From contig JAXGPF010000009.1 of NCBI GenBank assembly GCA_040767085.1, forward strand, positions 96,001 to 160,000: a stretch of DNA of 64,000 nt, in the 5' to 3' direction. Shown here piece after piece: positions 9,706 to 19,612 of this stretch. The translations under genes and the position numbers were made by a program. The notes beneath the pieces are model-generated. The model saw nothing but the letters and a program-made list of their open reading frames with translations. It was not told the origin of the DNA and did not search any database. Source of the DNA: Kiritimatiellia bacterium. Its GTDB lineage: Bacteria; Verrucomicrobiota; Kiritimatiellia; JAAZAB01. Every line of letters starts with the position of its first letter. Positions within the stretch are counted from its first letter, which is position 1.

Positions 9706-11091
9706 TGTCGTAAACAAATGACTTGGCCGCATAATTAACAAATGATTTGTCCGCTTAAAGCTGTCAGGATGGTGCATTCAAAGGGGGGTTATATGGATGA
9801 ATATCCGAAGGCAGCACTGGAGCGGGCAATGAAGGTACAGGAAGTGATCTTGCGTGCGATTGAAGGGCGGTTAATGTGGTGGGAGGCGGCGGAGATACTA
9901 GGTGTGAGCTACCGGACCATGCGGCGCTGGAAAGGGCGCTACGAGCGGTATGGTTACGACGGGCTGCTGGATCGTCGGCGGAAGATACCGGGGCCGCGGC
10001 GCGTGCCCCTTGCGACGGTGAAGCAGGTGCTGAGGTTGTACCGAGAAGAATACATGGATTTCAATGTGAGGCATTTTCACGAGAAGCTGCAGGCGGAGCA
10101 TGGGATCGAGCTCAGTTATCAGTGGGTCAAGAGCGCCTTGCAGACGGCCGGGTTGGTGGCGAAGGCCCGGAAACGAGGGCCGCATCGGCAGCAGCGGGAA
10201 CGGCGACCAATGGCGGGGATGATGTTGATGGTGGATGGCAGCACCCATGCCTGGTTGCCCCTGCTGGCGGGCCAGAAGCAGGATCTGATCCTGGTGATGG
10301 ACGATGCCACCAGCGAAGTCTACACGGCCTATCTTGTGCCCCAGGAAGGGACATTAACGGTGATGAAGGGGTTGAAAGAAGTCATTATTAAACATGGGGT
10401 TTTCTGCAGTCTGTACACGGATCGTGGCAGTCATTTCTTTTATACGCCCAAAGAAGGCGGGGCGGTGGACCGGCGTCAATTGACGCAAATTGGACGGGCG
10501 TTGCAACAGTTGGGGATCGAACATATTCCGAGCTATAGCCCCCAGGGACGTGGGCGAATAGAGCGGATGTTTAAGACCTGGCAAGGGCGCCTGCCGCAGG
10601 AATTAAGGCAGGCGGGAATCCGGACGATGGCCGAGGCCAACGTCTATATTCAACAACAGTTTCTGCCTTCCTTCAATCGCAACATGAAGGTGAAGGCGCG
10701 GGAAACAGGAACGTGTTTCGTGCCTTGCGGTGAGCAGGATTTGGACAGCATTTTCTGTGTGCAGCATGCGCGAGAGGTTCAAAATGACAATACCGTGGCT
10801 GTCGGGAGTCGCCGCTTGCAGATTGGACCATCAAAATGGCGTTTCAGCTTCGCCAAGTGCCGGGTTAAAGTCTGCGAGCACCTCGATGGCACGGTGTCCA
10901 TCCGTTATGGCCCGCATGTGGTTGGCCGCTACCAAGGACCGTTGAACATTTCGGCGTCGCTGGAGGACGTCGCATAAACTTTTTCCTCCCCCGCGGGGGA
11001 GGAAAATCCTCACCCCAGGAGCAACAACACACAATAACAAATCGGACAGATCACTTGTTACAAAAAGCGGACACTTGACTTGTTACGAACA
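9706..11091 (+). mobile_element. IS1202-family (formerly ISNCY) insertion sequence with 15-16 bp target duplication
   Basis: TGT...ACA termini with two internal repeats at each end. Flanking direct repeat TGTCGGAAGCGCCGA at 9691-9705 and 11092-11106. Confidence 0.88.
9793..10977 (+). CDS. DDE transposase (IS1202/ISNCY family)
   Basis: N-terminal HTH; DGSTHAW, DDATS, LYTDRGS and PQGRGRIER motifs. Confidence 0.92.
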   Translation: MDEYPKAALERAMKVQEVILRAIEGRLMWWEAAEILGVSYRTMRRWKGRYERYGYDGLLDRRRKIPGPRRVPLATVKQVLRLYREEYMDFNVRHFHEKLQAEHGIELSYQWVKSALQTAGLVAKARKRGPHRQQRERRPMAGMMLMVDGSTHAWLPLLAGQKQDLILVMDDATSEVYTAYLVPQEGTLTVMKGLKEVIIKHGVFCSLYTDRGSHFFYTPKEGGAVDRRQLTQIGRALQQLGIEHIPSYSPQGRGRIERMFKTWQGRLPQELRQAGIRTMAEANVYIQQQFLPSFNRNMKVKARETGTCFVPCGEQDLDSIFCVQHAREVQNDNTVAVGSRRLQIGPSKWRFSFAKCRVKVCEHLDGTVSIRYGPHVVGRYQGPLNISASLEDVA

Positions 11092-11161
11092 TGTCGGAAG
11101 CGCCGACGGCGCCCGGAGCGCGGCGGCATTTGTGTTGCATTCGAAAAGAAATGGAGACATT

Positions 11162-12607
11162 ATGCAAATCAAAATCAACCTTTATCCCGCAGCCGCCATC
11201 GTGGCCGCCGCCTGCTTGCTGGCAAATCCCTTCCCGGCGCGCGCCGCGGCTGCAGCTCAGGACGTTTCGCCGGAAACCCAGGCGCTGCGCCAGACTTCCA
11301 AGGCTTTCGCCGCCGTCGCCCGCCAGGCCATGCCCGCTGTGGTGTTTATCCGCGTGGAAAAAACCGTGACGCAGCCCGGCCTGCCGCAGGGATTGGATCC
11401 CAACGAACTGCTGGAACAGCTTTTCGGCATCCGCCAGCGGCGCGCGCCGGCGCCGGAACAGCGTTTACGCCAGGCCGGCACGGGCACCGGGTTCATTGTC
11501 ACCAAGGACGGCTACATCCTGACGAACAATCACATCGTCGGCGATGCCGACCGCATTACCGTGCGCACGCACGACGGCCGCGAGTTCCAGGCCGAACTGG
11601 TGGGCAGCGATCCGCGTTCGGAAGTCGCGCTGATAAAAATTCCAGGCGGCGATTTTCCGGTGCTGCCGATCGGCGATTCCGACGCGATTGAAATCGGCGA
11701 ATGGGTCATTGCCATCGGCAACCCATTCGGTTTTTCCGAAACCCTGACCGTCGGCGTGGTCAGCGCCAAGGGACGCAACAACATCGGCATCACCGACTAC
11801 GAGGATTTCATCCAGACCGACGCCGCCATCAATCCCGGCAATTCCGGCGGCCCGCTGTTGAACATCGAAGGCAAGGCCATCGGCATCAACACCGCCATCT
11901 TCAGCCAGATGGGCGGCTCGCTGGGCATCGGGTTTTCCATCCCTATCAACATGGCGATGAAAATCAAGGAGCAGTTGATGACCAGCGGCACAATCACCCG
12001 CGGCTTCCTGGGCGTGGTGCCCCAGGACCTGACCCCGGAACTGGCCGAACAGTTTAAGTGCCCGCAGTCCCGCGGGGTGCTGATATCCAGTGTGGCCAAG
12101 GGTTCCGCCGCCGAAAAGGGCGGCCTCCGCATCGGTGACATCATTCTCGAACTGAACGGCAAAAGCGTGGCCGGCGCCGGCGCTTTCCGCAATCAGATTG
12201 CCCTGACGGCGCCGGGCACGGCCATCAAACTGACCATCTGGCGGGATGGCAAACGCAGCGAACTCAAGGTCAAAGTGGGCAGCCAGGAAGGCGGGGCGGA
12301 AACGCCGCTGTCGCTGACCGCGATCAGCGAAAAAATCGGCCTGGTGCTGGAAGACCTCACGCCGCAGTGGTCGCAGCGGTTCGGCTACACCGAAAACGGC
12401 GTGCTGGTCACGCGCGTCCGACCGGACAGTCCGGCGGCGCAAGCCGGCATCCAGCCGGGCCACCTGATCACCGCGGTCAACCACCGCGAGGTGCGCAACG
12501 TGGAAGAATTCAACGCGGCTCTGGCGCAGTCCGCGCAATCCGGCATGCTGCTGCTGCTGGTGCGCGATCCGCAATCCTCCCGGTTCGTGGTGATCCCGCT
12601 GAAATAA
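11162..12607 (+). CDS. degP: DegP/HtrA family serine protease with two PDZ domains
   Basis: Signal peptide, LTNNH, IQTDAAINPGNSGGPL, two PDZ repeats. Confidence 0.93.
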   Translation: MQIKINLYPAAAIVAAACLLANPFPARAAAAAQDVSPETQALRQTSKAFAAVARQAMPAVVFIRVEKTVTQPGLPQGLDPNELLEQLFGIRQRRAPAPEQRLRQAGTGTGFIVTKDGYILTNNHIVGDADRITVRTHDGREFQAELVGSDPRSEVALIKIPGGDFPVLPIGDSDAIEIGEWVIAIGNPFGFSETLTVGVVSAKGRNNIGITDYEDFIQTDAAINPGNSGGPLLNIEGKAIGINTAIFSQMGGSLGIGFSIPINMAMKIKEQLMTSGTITRGFLGVVPQDLTPELAEQFKCPQSRGVLISSVAKGSAAEKGGLRIGDIILELNGKSVAGAGAFRNQIALTAPGTAIKLTIWRDGKRSELKVKVGSQEGGAETPLSLTAISEKIGLVLEDLTPQWSQRFGYTENGVLVTRVRPDSPAAQAGIQPGHLITAVNHREVRNVEEFNAALAQSAQSGMLLLLVRDPQSSRFVVIPLK

Positions 12608-12674
12608 ATTTGCCGGCGATGCAGATTTAATTTGACTCCGCCGCCATTTCGTATATCTTGTTGACTTTCCGACA

Positions 12675-12751
12675 CGGGGCGTAGCGCAGACTGGTAGCGC
12701 GTTTGGTTCGGGACCAAAAGGCCGAGGGTTCAAATCCCTCCGCCCCGACCA
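12675..12751 (+). tRNA. tRNA-Pro (anticodon CGG)
   Basis: 77 nt cloverleaf: acceptor CGGGGCG/CGCCCCG, anticodon arm TTTGG-TTCGGGA-CCAAA, GTTCAAATC T-loop, encoded CCA. Confidence 0.97.
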
Positions 12752-12764
12752 CTTTTCCTTAGAT

Positions 12765-12796
12765 AAAAGGCGAATTCACACGAATTCGCCTTTTTT
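12765..12796 (+). terminator. Intrinsic terminator after tRNA-Pro
   Basis: AAAAGGCGAATTC-acac-GAATTCGCCTTTTTT hairpin with U-tract. Confidence 0.85.
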
Positions 12797-12804
12797 ATTT
12801 CCAT

Positions 12805-12825
12805 GTGTGTTGGTGGTTGTGTTGG
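12805..12825 (+). repeat. 21 bp repeat GTGTGTTGGTGGTTGTGTTGG, probable integrase arm-type site (left)
   Basis: Identical copy at 62676-62696 inside the other island end; contains two TGTGTTGG units. Confidence 0.75.
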
Positions 12826-12833
12826 TTTTGGGC

Positions 12834-12862
12834 TTGCATTTGTCCGGCCTGCGGCGTAGTGT
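12834..12862 (+). promoter_or_regulatory. Putative sigma70 promoter of integrase
   Basis: TTGCAT-17 bp-TAGTGT, followed by GGAGGA RBS and ATG at 12889. Confidence 0.5.
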
Positions 12863-12888
12863 AAAGGCATGTAATGGGAGGATCCATC

Positions 12889-14517
12889 ATGCCTCTGGAA
12901 CTACGCAAAAATCGGGATGGGACACTACGCCCCACTTTTTACGGACGCTTCACCGACAAGCACGGCAAGTTGAAGTGCATCAACCTGGGGATCCCTGTCC
13001 GAGGCAACCCGCCCAAGACCCTCCACGAAACAGGTGACAGGAATTTTGAGGATTCACGCAAGGACGCGGCACAAAAGCTCGCTGAGTACGTTGAGGAAGG
13101 CCGCACGATACGGCATCAGCGCTACTGGGCAGAGAAAGTCTATGAACTAAAAAGCGGCGGCAAGTTGACGTCGACGCCTTTGGAAAATTTCGCCGAGGCG
13201 TCATGGGCCTCCATTGACCACCGTAAGCACCACGTCTCCAAGTCCCACCATTATTATTTTTTGCTCGTTCTGAACCGCTTTACGCGCTTTATGCGGGATG
13301 CATTTCCAAAAGTGAAGGACGCTGCTGCCGTGAGGAGCGAACACGTTCGCGCTTTTATGCAGACGGAGGATAAGCGCGGGGTTTCGGTCCGCACCTGGAA
13401 TGGAACGCTCAGTATTCTGAAATCAGCCTTCCGTAATCTGGAGCCAAGTGCTGACGCCTATACGGCCTATTTGATGAATGCCAAGGGCCACACCCGGGAG
13501 ACAGTTCATCGGGAACCATTCAGCCCGGAAGAGATTAAGGCGATTCTGGAGGCGGCAAAGGGTGATGAACTCATGCGGCCGCTCATAACAACGGCGCTGT
13601 GTACCGCCATGCGGCGTGGCGACTGTGCCCTACTCCAATGGTCAAACGTCAACCTGACCGATGGTTTTATCACCGTTAAGACAAGCAAGACCGGGGAGAC
13701 GGTAGAAATTCCGATCATGCCGGCATTGCAGGAGGAACTGGTCCGGCTGCCCCGCGGATCGGACGTTTATGTTTTCCCCACAGCGGCAACCATCTATCGG
13801 CAGAACCCGGACGGGCTTAATCAGCGTTTGCGCGCAGTGCTGGCCAGGGCCGGGTTTGTTGACGCCGACACCGCCACCCGTGTGGAACATAAAACGCCCA
13901 AGCCGGCGTTGCCGGTTTTACCGCAGGCGGATGTCCGGCAGCACGGTCTGGAATGGATCGAGGGCGCCAATATGACCGCCGGAAAACGGACACGGCTGCG
14001 AACAGTGTTTTCTCTATACATGGACGGATGGTCCATGCCCCGTCTCGCACGCGAGCTTAACGTCAGCAAGGGAACTGTCTCCGGACACATCAGCGAGGTC
14101 GCCAAGGCCATCGGCACGGCCGTAGTGCGCGGTCAACCGGCCCGGCCATTGCCCAATTTGATTCTGGGGGTCACGCAGGCAAAAAATGGAGACGCACAAC
14201 GATGCAAGCGGGCAAACCTGCGTGGCTGGCACTCGTTTCGGACGACCTTCATCACCCTCGCGCTTTCCGCCGGGATGCCGATGGAACTGGTGCGGCGCGT
14301 GACTGGCCACACAACGGTTGAGGTGGTCCTCAAACATTACTTCCGCCCGGATCGTGAGGAATACCGGAAAGCGATGCAGGCTGCCATGCCGAAGCTGTTG
14401 ACGAACGGGAGCAAGACCCCGCAAGATGAAGCGCGGGAGATTCTCGATGGAATGACGGCAAAGACCTGGGAAGAGGATCGGACGCGCCTGCTGGCGATCT
14501 TGGACGGACGGGTATAA
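12889..14517 (+). CDS. int: Tyrosine recombinase / integrase with internal HTH insertion
   Basis: Catalytic TAMRRGD, KT, HSFR, TGH and KHY motifs; located next to the tRNA. Confidence 0.93.
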   Translation: MPLELRKNRDGTLRPTFYGRFTDKHGKLKCINLGIPVRGNPPKTLHETGDRNFEDSRKDAAQKLAEYVEEGRTIRHQRYWAEKVYELKSGGKLTSTPLENFAEASWASIDHRKHHVSKSHHYYFLLVLNRFTRFMRDAFPKVKDAAAVRSEHVRAFMQTEDKRGVSVRTWNGTLSILKSAFRNLEPSADAYTAYLMNAKGHTRETVHREPFSPEEIKAILEAAKGDELMRPLITTALCTAMRRGDCALLQWSNVNLTDGFITVKTSKTGETVEIPIMPALQEELVRLPRGSDVYVFPTAATIYRQNPDGLNQRLRAVLARAGFVDADTATRVEHKTPKPALPVLPQADVRQHGLEWIEGANMTAGKRTRLRTVFSLYMDGWSMPRLARELNVSKGTVSGHISEVAKAIGTAVVRGQPARPLPNLILGVTQAKNGDAQRCKRANLRGWHSFRTTFITLALSAGMPMELVRRVTGHTTVEVVLKHYFRPDREEYRKAMQAAMPKLLTNGSKTPQDEAREILDGMTAKTWEEDRTRLLAILDGRV

Positions 14518-14625
14518 ATGTGATTTCGCGGGATTAAACTCAAAATCCAGGCAGGCCAAACACTTTGATCCCACGTCTTTGAAGACGGGTGCGGCCACTT
14601 TATCGAAGTATCTGATTAAGGCAGC

Positions 14626-15810
14626 GTGATGCTTCATTTATCCATCGAACAGACAAAGGAATTAAAAATTCTTTGTAAAGCAGGCCGGTTATACGACATA
14701 GAGAAACTCGCTTCCTTGTGGGGCACACTCACACCAAATCCAGAAATCCGTCGCCCCCCCATCCAAATTGCCCTGGAAATCGGATTTCACAGCCTGATAG
14801 AATTGTTAATTCGGCACACGACTGATACGGCGGTCAAGAATCATGCCCTGGAACAGGCGGTCAGGAAATCACGATTCGACATTGTTCAGATGCTTGTGAA
14901 TTATGGCGCCGAGCCACTGTCAGTCCCATTCCAGGATGTGCTCTGTTCCTATCTGCCAGATATGGCCCGCTACTTCATATCGAAAAAAGCCGATCTCCTG
15001 ACTGGCAATCCATTTACCGTCGCATTTCGATACAAAGTAAGGCCGGCATTGGGAGTTTATCTGGATTCATCCCGTCAATTTCCTGAGCTAAAAAATGCGC
15101 TCCAGCGTCAACTCGACATGGCACTCGCCTATCACTGCGGGGAGGGTTCCATGAAATGGGTGCGTCTGCTTATGTGGGCGGGCGGCAATCCGCTCGCCAC
15201 CGTTCCCAACATCGAATATCCAAAATACATGGATGATCCGGAGATGTGGCATTCCGGCGCGGAGGCCGCCGCTTTAAATGGACATCTGGATGTAATTAAA
15301 AAGATTTGTATTAATCCACGTAACCACATATGGCAGAAAGCACTTTGTTCTGCCTCAGCGTTTGGACATTCTCAAATCGTCCAATTTTTGCTGGAAACTT
15401 GTGTGCCCCCAAACGATATGACCAACGGCGGCAGTTCTTCCTTAGATGAAGCAATCCGATATGTCGGCTGGGGTGCCAACCTATCCAAGATATTCCCTGG
15501 ACGCTCGACAGCCAGCGTGGGGATCAGCATTACTAGAGCACTGATTAAGCATGGCGCCAAATGGAAGCCCGAAACACTCAGCGACTCATCTGCTGCCAGG
15601 CGATCTCTTTATGCCGTTGACAAACACGATGTTGCGGAGATAATAAGCATCCTGGTCAAACACAATGCCTGCGACAATGATTTCTTACTCCGATTCGTCT
15701 CGACGCCCAAAATGACCGAACGCCTCGGGGGCAAGGCAGAGGTAGAGAATATCCTCCGTTGCGCCAAGAAAACCCGGCAGAACCCAAAAATGACCGGTAA
15801 AACTCTTTGA
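14626..15810 (+). CDS. Ankyrin-repeat-like hypothetical protein
   Basis: Repeated ankyrin-like units: AVRKSRFDIVQMLVNYGA, AALNGHLDVIK, ASAFGHSQIVQFLL, ALIKHGA. Confidence 0.7.
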   Translation: MMLHLSIEQTKELKILCKAGRLYDIEKLASLWGTLTPNPEIRRPPIQIALEIGFHSLIELLIRHTTDTAVKNHALEQAVRKSRFDIVQMLVNYGAEPLSVPFQDVLCSYLPDMARYFISKKADLLTGNPFTVAFRYKVRPALGVYLDSSRQFPELKNALQRQLDMALAYHCGEGSMKWVRLLMWAGGNPLATVPNIEYPKYMDDPEMWHSGAEAAALNGHLDVIKKICINPRNHIWQKALCSASAFGHSQIVQFLLETCVPPNDMTNGGSSSLDEAIRYVGWGANLSKIFPGRSTASVGISITRALIKHGAKWKPETLSDSSAARRSLYAVDKHDVAEIISILVKHNACDNDFLLRFVSTPKMTERLGGKAEVENILRCAKKTRQNPKMTGKTL

Positions 15811-16074
15811 CTTTAGCCTTGCGATGTTATAAAAATAGATTTTGCTGTGGGTAATTATCAATGCCAAGGTAAATCGGGGTGCTAGTGAACAATCGGCGTG
15901 CTTTGGCGAAGTTCAACAGTAACTAAGACAGGTGGCTGTCTGTTGAAGAAATCGCAGCGCATCCATGTCCGCCGTAGTTCTTGGCATGTAGACTAGATAG
16001 CCGTCAGATGGGATACGGTTTTCACTTAAGCAAACGAAAAGGGTAACTCGTCCGCCGTAGCCAAGCATAACAGA

Positions 16075-16150
16075 GGCCGGATGCCGGCCCATAAAGTCGG
16101 CAAGCTCTGGAAGTTTCGGACGGAAGATGTGGACAAATAGGTGCGATTGA
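16075..16150 (+). pseudogene. Remnant of excisionase-type (HTH_17) DNA-binding gene
   Basis: Reads GRMPAHKVGKLWKFRTEDVDK*VR, a typical xis-like C-terminus with TAG at the usual Trp. The N-terminal HTH is lost. Confidence 0.7.
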
Positions 16151-16207
16151 GAAGAACCAGCGCCAAGGGCAAGAAGAATAAGTAGAGCCTGCCGGGAAGG
16201 ATACGGT

Positions 16208-19200
16208 ATGCCACGGATATTCGACAATATTGAAGATAAACTGCTACCCGCGCTCTCCGCCATGCTGGAGGTGTCAAACCGGAGTGACTTCTGTGTCGGC
16301 TATTTCCGTATGCGCGGTTGGAATACCCTCGCCCCATTTATCGAAAAATTCAAAGGCGGTCACGATACTTGTTGCCGGGTACTCGTCGGCATGCACCGCC
16401 CCCCGGAAGTGGCGATGGAAGAGGCCCAGAAGATCATCCAGAAAAACCTATATCTGGACGGCCCCACCGTCGCCCGGCTTCGTCGAGACGCCGCCGAGAG
16501 CTTCAAACAGCAGATCGAGTTCGGCATCCCGTCGAACGAGGCGGAGTCCGCGCTCCGTACACTCGCTCGCCACATCCGTGAACGCAAGGTGCGAGTTAAG
16601 CTTTTCTTGCGCTATCCCCTCCATGCCAAGCTCTACCTCACACATCGCCATGATCCGGCTGCTCCGATCGTAGCCTTTCTCGGAAGTAGCAATCTGACCT
16701 TTGCCGGTCTCTCCCATCAGGGCGAGCTGAACGTAGATGTCGTTGAACATGACGCTGCCGAGAAACTGCAGAAGTGGTTTCTGGACCGTTGGGAGGACAA
16801 ATTCGCCTTCGACATTTCTGACGAACTCGCCGAACTTATCGAGACAAGCTGGGCCAGCGAGAAACTTGTCCTGCCTTACCACGTCTATCTGAAGATCGTG
16901 TATTATCTGTCCGAGGAAGCCCGCCGGGGCGAAAGGGAGTTCAAGCTACCGAAAGTCTTCCAGAACGTCCTGCTTGATTTCCAGGAACGGGCCGTCTCGC
17001 TTTCCGCCCACTATCTCCATGCCCGTGGAGGCGTCATGCTGGGCGATGTGGTGGGCCTTGGTAAGACTCTCATGGCCACCGCCATCTCTCGAATCTTCCA
17101 GGAGGATGACGGAAGCAACACCCTCGTCATCTGCCCGCCCAAACTGGAGAAAATGTGGCGGTGGTACATGTGCGAGTACGGTATCACCGGCGATGTTCTT
17201 TCCTTAGGCCGTGTCACTCAAGACCTGGTGAATCTGCGGCCCTATCGCCTGGTGATCATTGACGAAAGCCACAACCTCCGTAATCGCGAGAGCAAACGCT
17301 ACCGGCACATTCGGGAGTATCTGGAACGGTGCGAGCCACGGGTCATGCTCCTGAGCGCCACGCCCTATAACAAGCATTTCACGGACCTGAGCAACCAGCT
17401 TCGCCTGCTCGTGGACGAGAACCTGGACATCCATGTCCGCCCCGAGCAGTATTTCAAATGGTGGGCTTCCCAAGGCAAGACGGAAGCCGATTTCATCGCC
17501 CAGTACCAGACATCGCCCCGTTCAATCCGTGCCTTCGAGCAGAGCGAGTTCGATGCCGACTGGCGCGATCTCATGCGTCTCTTCCTGGTCCGCCGCACCC
17601 GCCAATACATCATGGAGAAGTACGCCAAGTTCGATCCTGAAAAGCAGCGCTACTTCGTCATGCTGAAGGGTGAGCCGTTCTACTTCCCGAAACGCCAGCC
17701 CCGCACAGTCGAGTTCAGCCTCGATCAGGACAACCCGAACGATCAATACGGCAGCCTCTATCGGGATGCGATCGTGGATCAGATCGAACACCTCTTCCTC
17801 CCGCGTTATGGGCTGGCCCACTACCTTGACTTGGCAAAGGCCCGGAAGGCTTCCGATGCCGAGAAGCGCATCCTGGACAATCTGAACCGCGCAGGCCCTC
17901 GGCTACGCGGTTTCTGCCGGACAGGCATCTTCAAGCGCTTGGAGTCCAGCGGGCATTGTTTCCTGCTCTCCCTTCAGCGTCACATCCTCAGGAACATGGC
18001 AGCTATCCACGCGCTGGAGAACGACTTGCCGCTTCCCATCGGCACCCAGGATGCCGCTCTACTCGACGAAGCCATAACGGATACCGATACAGACGCTGAT
18101 CCCGATGAGAACGGCGGCGGTGGCGGATCCAACGGGACTCCCGCTGTGGCACCCAGCCTTGCCGCATTCAAGAAGCGCGGGGCGGAGATCTACAAGGAAT
18201 ACCGAGAGAACCAGGAATCTCGATTTTCATGGCTCCCGGTAAAATTCTTCAAGAAGGATCTCAAGGCCAACCTACTTGCCGACTGCGAGGCTCTACTGAG
18301 CATCCTCAAGAATGCTGGCCCATGGAAACCAGAGTCAGATGCCAAGCTCGCAATGCTCCAGAAGTTGATCGCCAAGACCCACCCAAAGGATAAGCTTCTC
18401 GTCTTCACGCAGTTCGCCGACACCGCCGAGTATCTGGGCCGCGAACTCGCCTCGCGCGGTGTCCAGTCGCTCCAGGTTGTCAGCGGTAACAGCGACGATC
18501 CCGTCTCCCTTGCGCGCAGATTCAGTCCAGAGAGCAACGGTGGCCTTAACGTCAATGACGAGGAAGTGCGCGTTCTCCTTGCCACCGATGTGTTGGCTGA
18601 AGGGCAGAACCTGCAGGATGCCCACATTGTGGTCAACTATGACCTGCCTTGGGCCATCATCCGGCTTGTCCAACGTGCCGGCCGCGTGGACCGCATCGGC
18701 CAGAAGCATCACACCATCTCGCTCTACTCATTTCTGCCGGCTGACGGGGTCGAGGCCATCATCCGGCTGCGTTCGCGCCTGAGCTTGCGCCTCAAGCAGA
18801 ACGGGGAAGTCATCGGTACGGACGAATCTTTCTTTGGCGAGGATGCCGCAAGCAAGTTGCGCGACCTCTATGCTGAGAAGTCATCGGCTGTCGACGAAGA
18901 CAAGGATGAGGACGTTGACTTGGCCAGCCGGGCTGAGCAGATATGGAACAGCGCGCCGGAGGAGCATCGCAAGGTTGCCGAGAGCTTGCCGCCAGTGATC
19001 TCAGCGACCCGCCCCGCGCCGATCGAGCCGGAAGGCCCGCCACACCCAGGCGGGGCCATCACCTATCTACGTTTCCCGGACGGCAGCGACGCCCTGATTC
19101 ATGTGGATGCCCGCGGAAATCTCGTCTCCCAGTCCCTGTGCGCTCTGTTCAACGCCGTTGCCTGTGGCCCCGAAACTCCGGCGCTTCCTCGCGCAGATAA

Positions 19201-19612
19201 TCACCATGATCTGGTCGCCAAGGCCGTGGAATGGGCCACGGAGGAGCAGAATGCTATGGGCGGACAACTCGGAACCGCCCGGAACATCCGCCGCAAGGTC
19301 TACGACCGCCTGAAGAACTACCGTCAGATTCTGAAGGAGCAGCCAACGCTGTTTTCGAAGGGTATCCTCCAGCATCTGGAGCCGACGTTCAACCATATCT
19401 TCCGCTTCCACCTCCGCGAAAGTGCCCGCGACTCGCTTTCCCGCCAGATGAAGTTGGGCATCACTGACGAGGGCCTGGCCGACATGGTCACCAAGCTGCA
19501 CGAGGAAGAGAAGCTCTGCATCGTGACCGACGAGATCAAGGAACAGGAACCCCGCATCGTCTGCTCCATGGGGTTTGCAGTCGGCACCGCCGGTAAGAAA
19601 GGGGTCAAGTAG
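16208..19612 (+). CDS. PLD-nuclease + SF2 (SNF2-like) helicase fusion
   Basis: LHAKLY...GSSNLT (PLD); GDVVGLGKT, IIDESH, LSATP, TDVLAEGQNL and QRAGRVDRIG helicase motifs. Confidence 0.92.
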   Translation: MPRIFDNIEDKLLPALSAMLEVSNRSDFCVGYFRMRGWNTLAPFIEKFKGGHDTCCRVLVGMHRPPEVAMEEAQKIIQKNLYLDGPTVARLRRDAAESFKQQIEFGIPSNEAESALRTLARHIRERKVRVKLFLRYPLHAKLYLTHRHDPAAPIVAFLGSSNLTFAGLSHQGELNVDVVEHDAAEKLQKWFLDRWEDKFAFDISDELAELIETSWASEKLVLPYHVYLKIVYYLSEEARRGEREFKLPKVFQNVLLDFQERAVSLSAHYLHARGGVMLGDVVGLGKTLMATAISRIFQEDDGSNTLVICPPKLEKMWRWYMCEYGITGDVLSLGRVTQDLVNLRPYRLVIIDESHNLRNRESKRYRHIREYLERCEPRVMLLSATPYNKHFTDLSNQLRLLVDENLDIHVRPEQYFKWWASQGKTEADFIAQYQTSPRSIRAFEQSEFDADWRDLMRLFLVRRTRQYIMEKYAKFDPEKQRYFVMLKGEPFYFPKRQPRTVEFSLDQDNPNDQYGSLYRDAIVDQIEHLFLPRYGLAHYLDLAKARKASDAEKRILDNLNRAGPRLRGFCRTGIFKRLESSGHCFLLSLQRHILRNMAAIHALENDLPLPIGTQDAALLDEAITDTDTDADPDENGGGGGSNGTPAVAPSLAAFKKRGAEIYKEYRENQESRFSWLPVKFFKKDLKANLLADCEALLSILKNAGPWKPESDAKLAMLQKLIAKTHPKDKLLVFTQFADTAEYLGRELASRGVQSLQVVSGNSDDPVSLARRFSPESNGGLNVNDEEVRVLLATDVLAEGQNLQDAHIVVNYDLPWAIIRLVQRAGRVDRIGQKHHTISLYSFLPADGVEAIIRLRSRLSLRLKQNGEVIGTDESFFGEDAASKLRDLYAEKSSAVDEDKDEDVDLASRAEQIWNSAPEEHRKVAESLPPVISATRPAPIEPEGPPHPGGAITYLRFPDGSDALIHVDARGNLVSQSLCALFNAVACGPETPALPRADNHHDLVAKAVEWATEEQNAMGGQLGTARNIRRKVYDRLKNYRQILKEQPTLFSKGILQHLEPTFNHIFRFHLRESARDSLSRQMKLGITDEGLADMVTKLHEEEKLCIVTDEIKEQEPRIVCSMGFAVGTAGKKGVK

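Noticed and set aside
1-12600. Numerous overlapping 100-420 aa alternative-frame ORFs
   Set aside because: Expected shadows in high-GC coding DNA; they are Arg/Pro/Ala-rich with no motifs.
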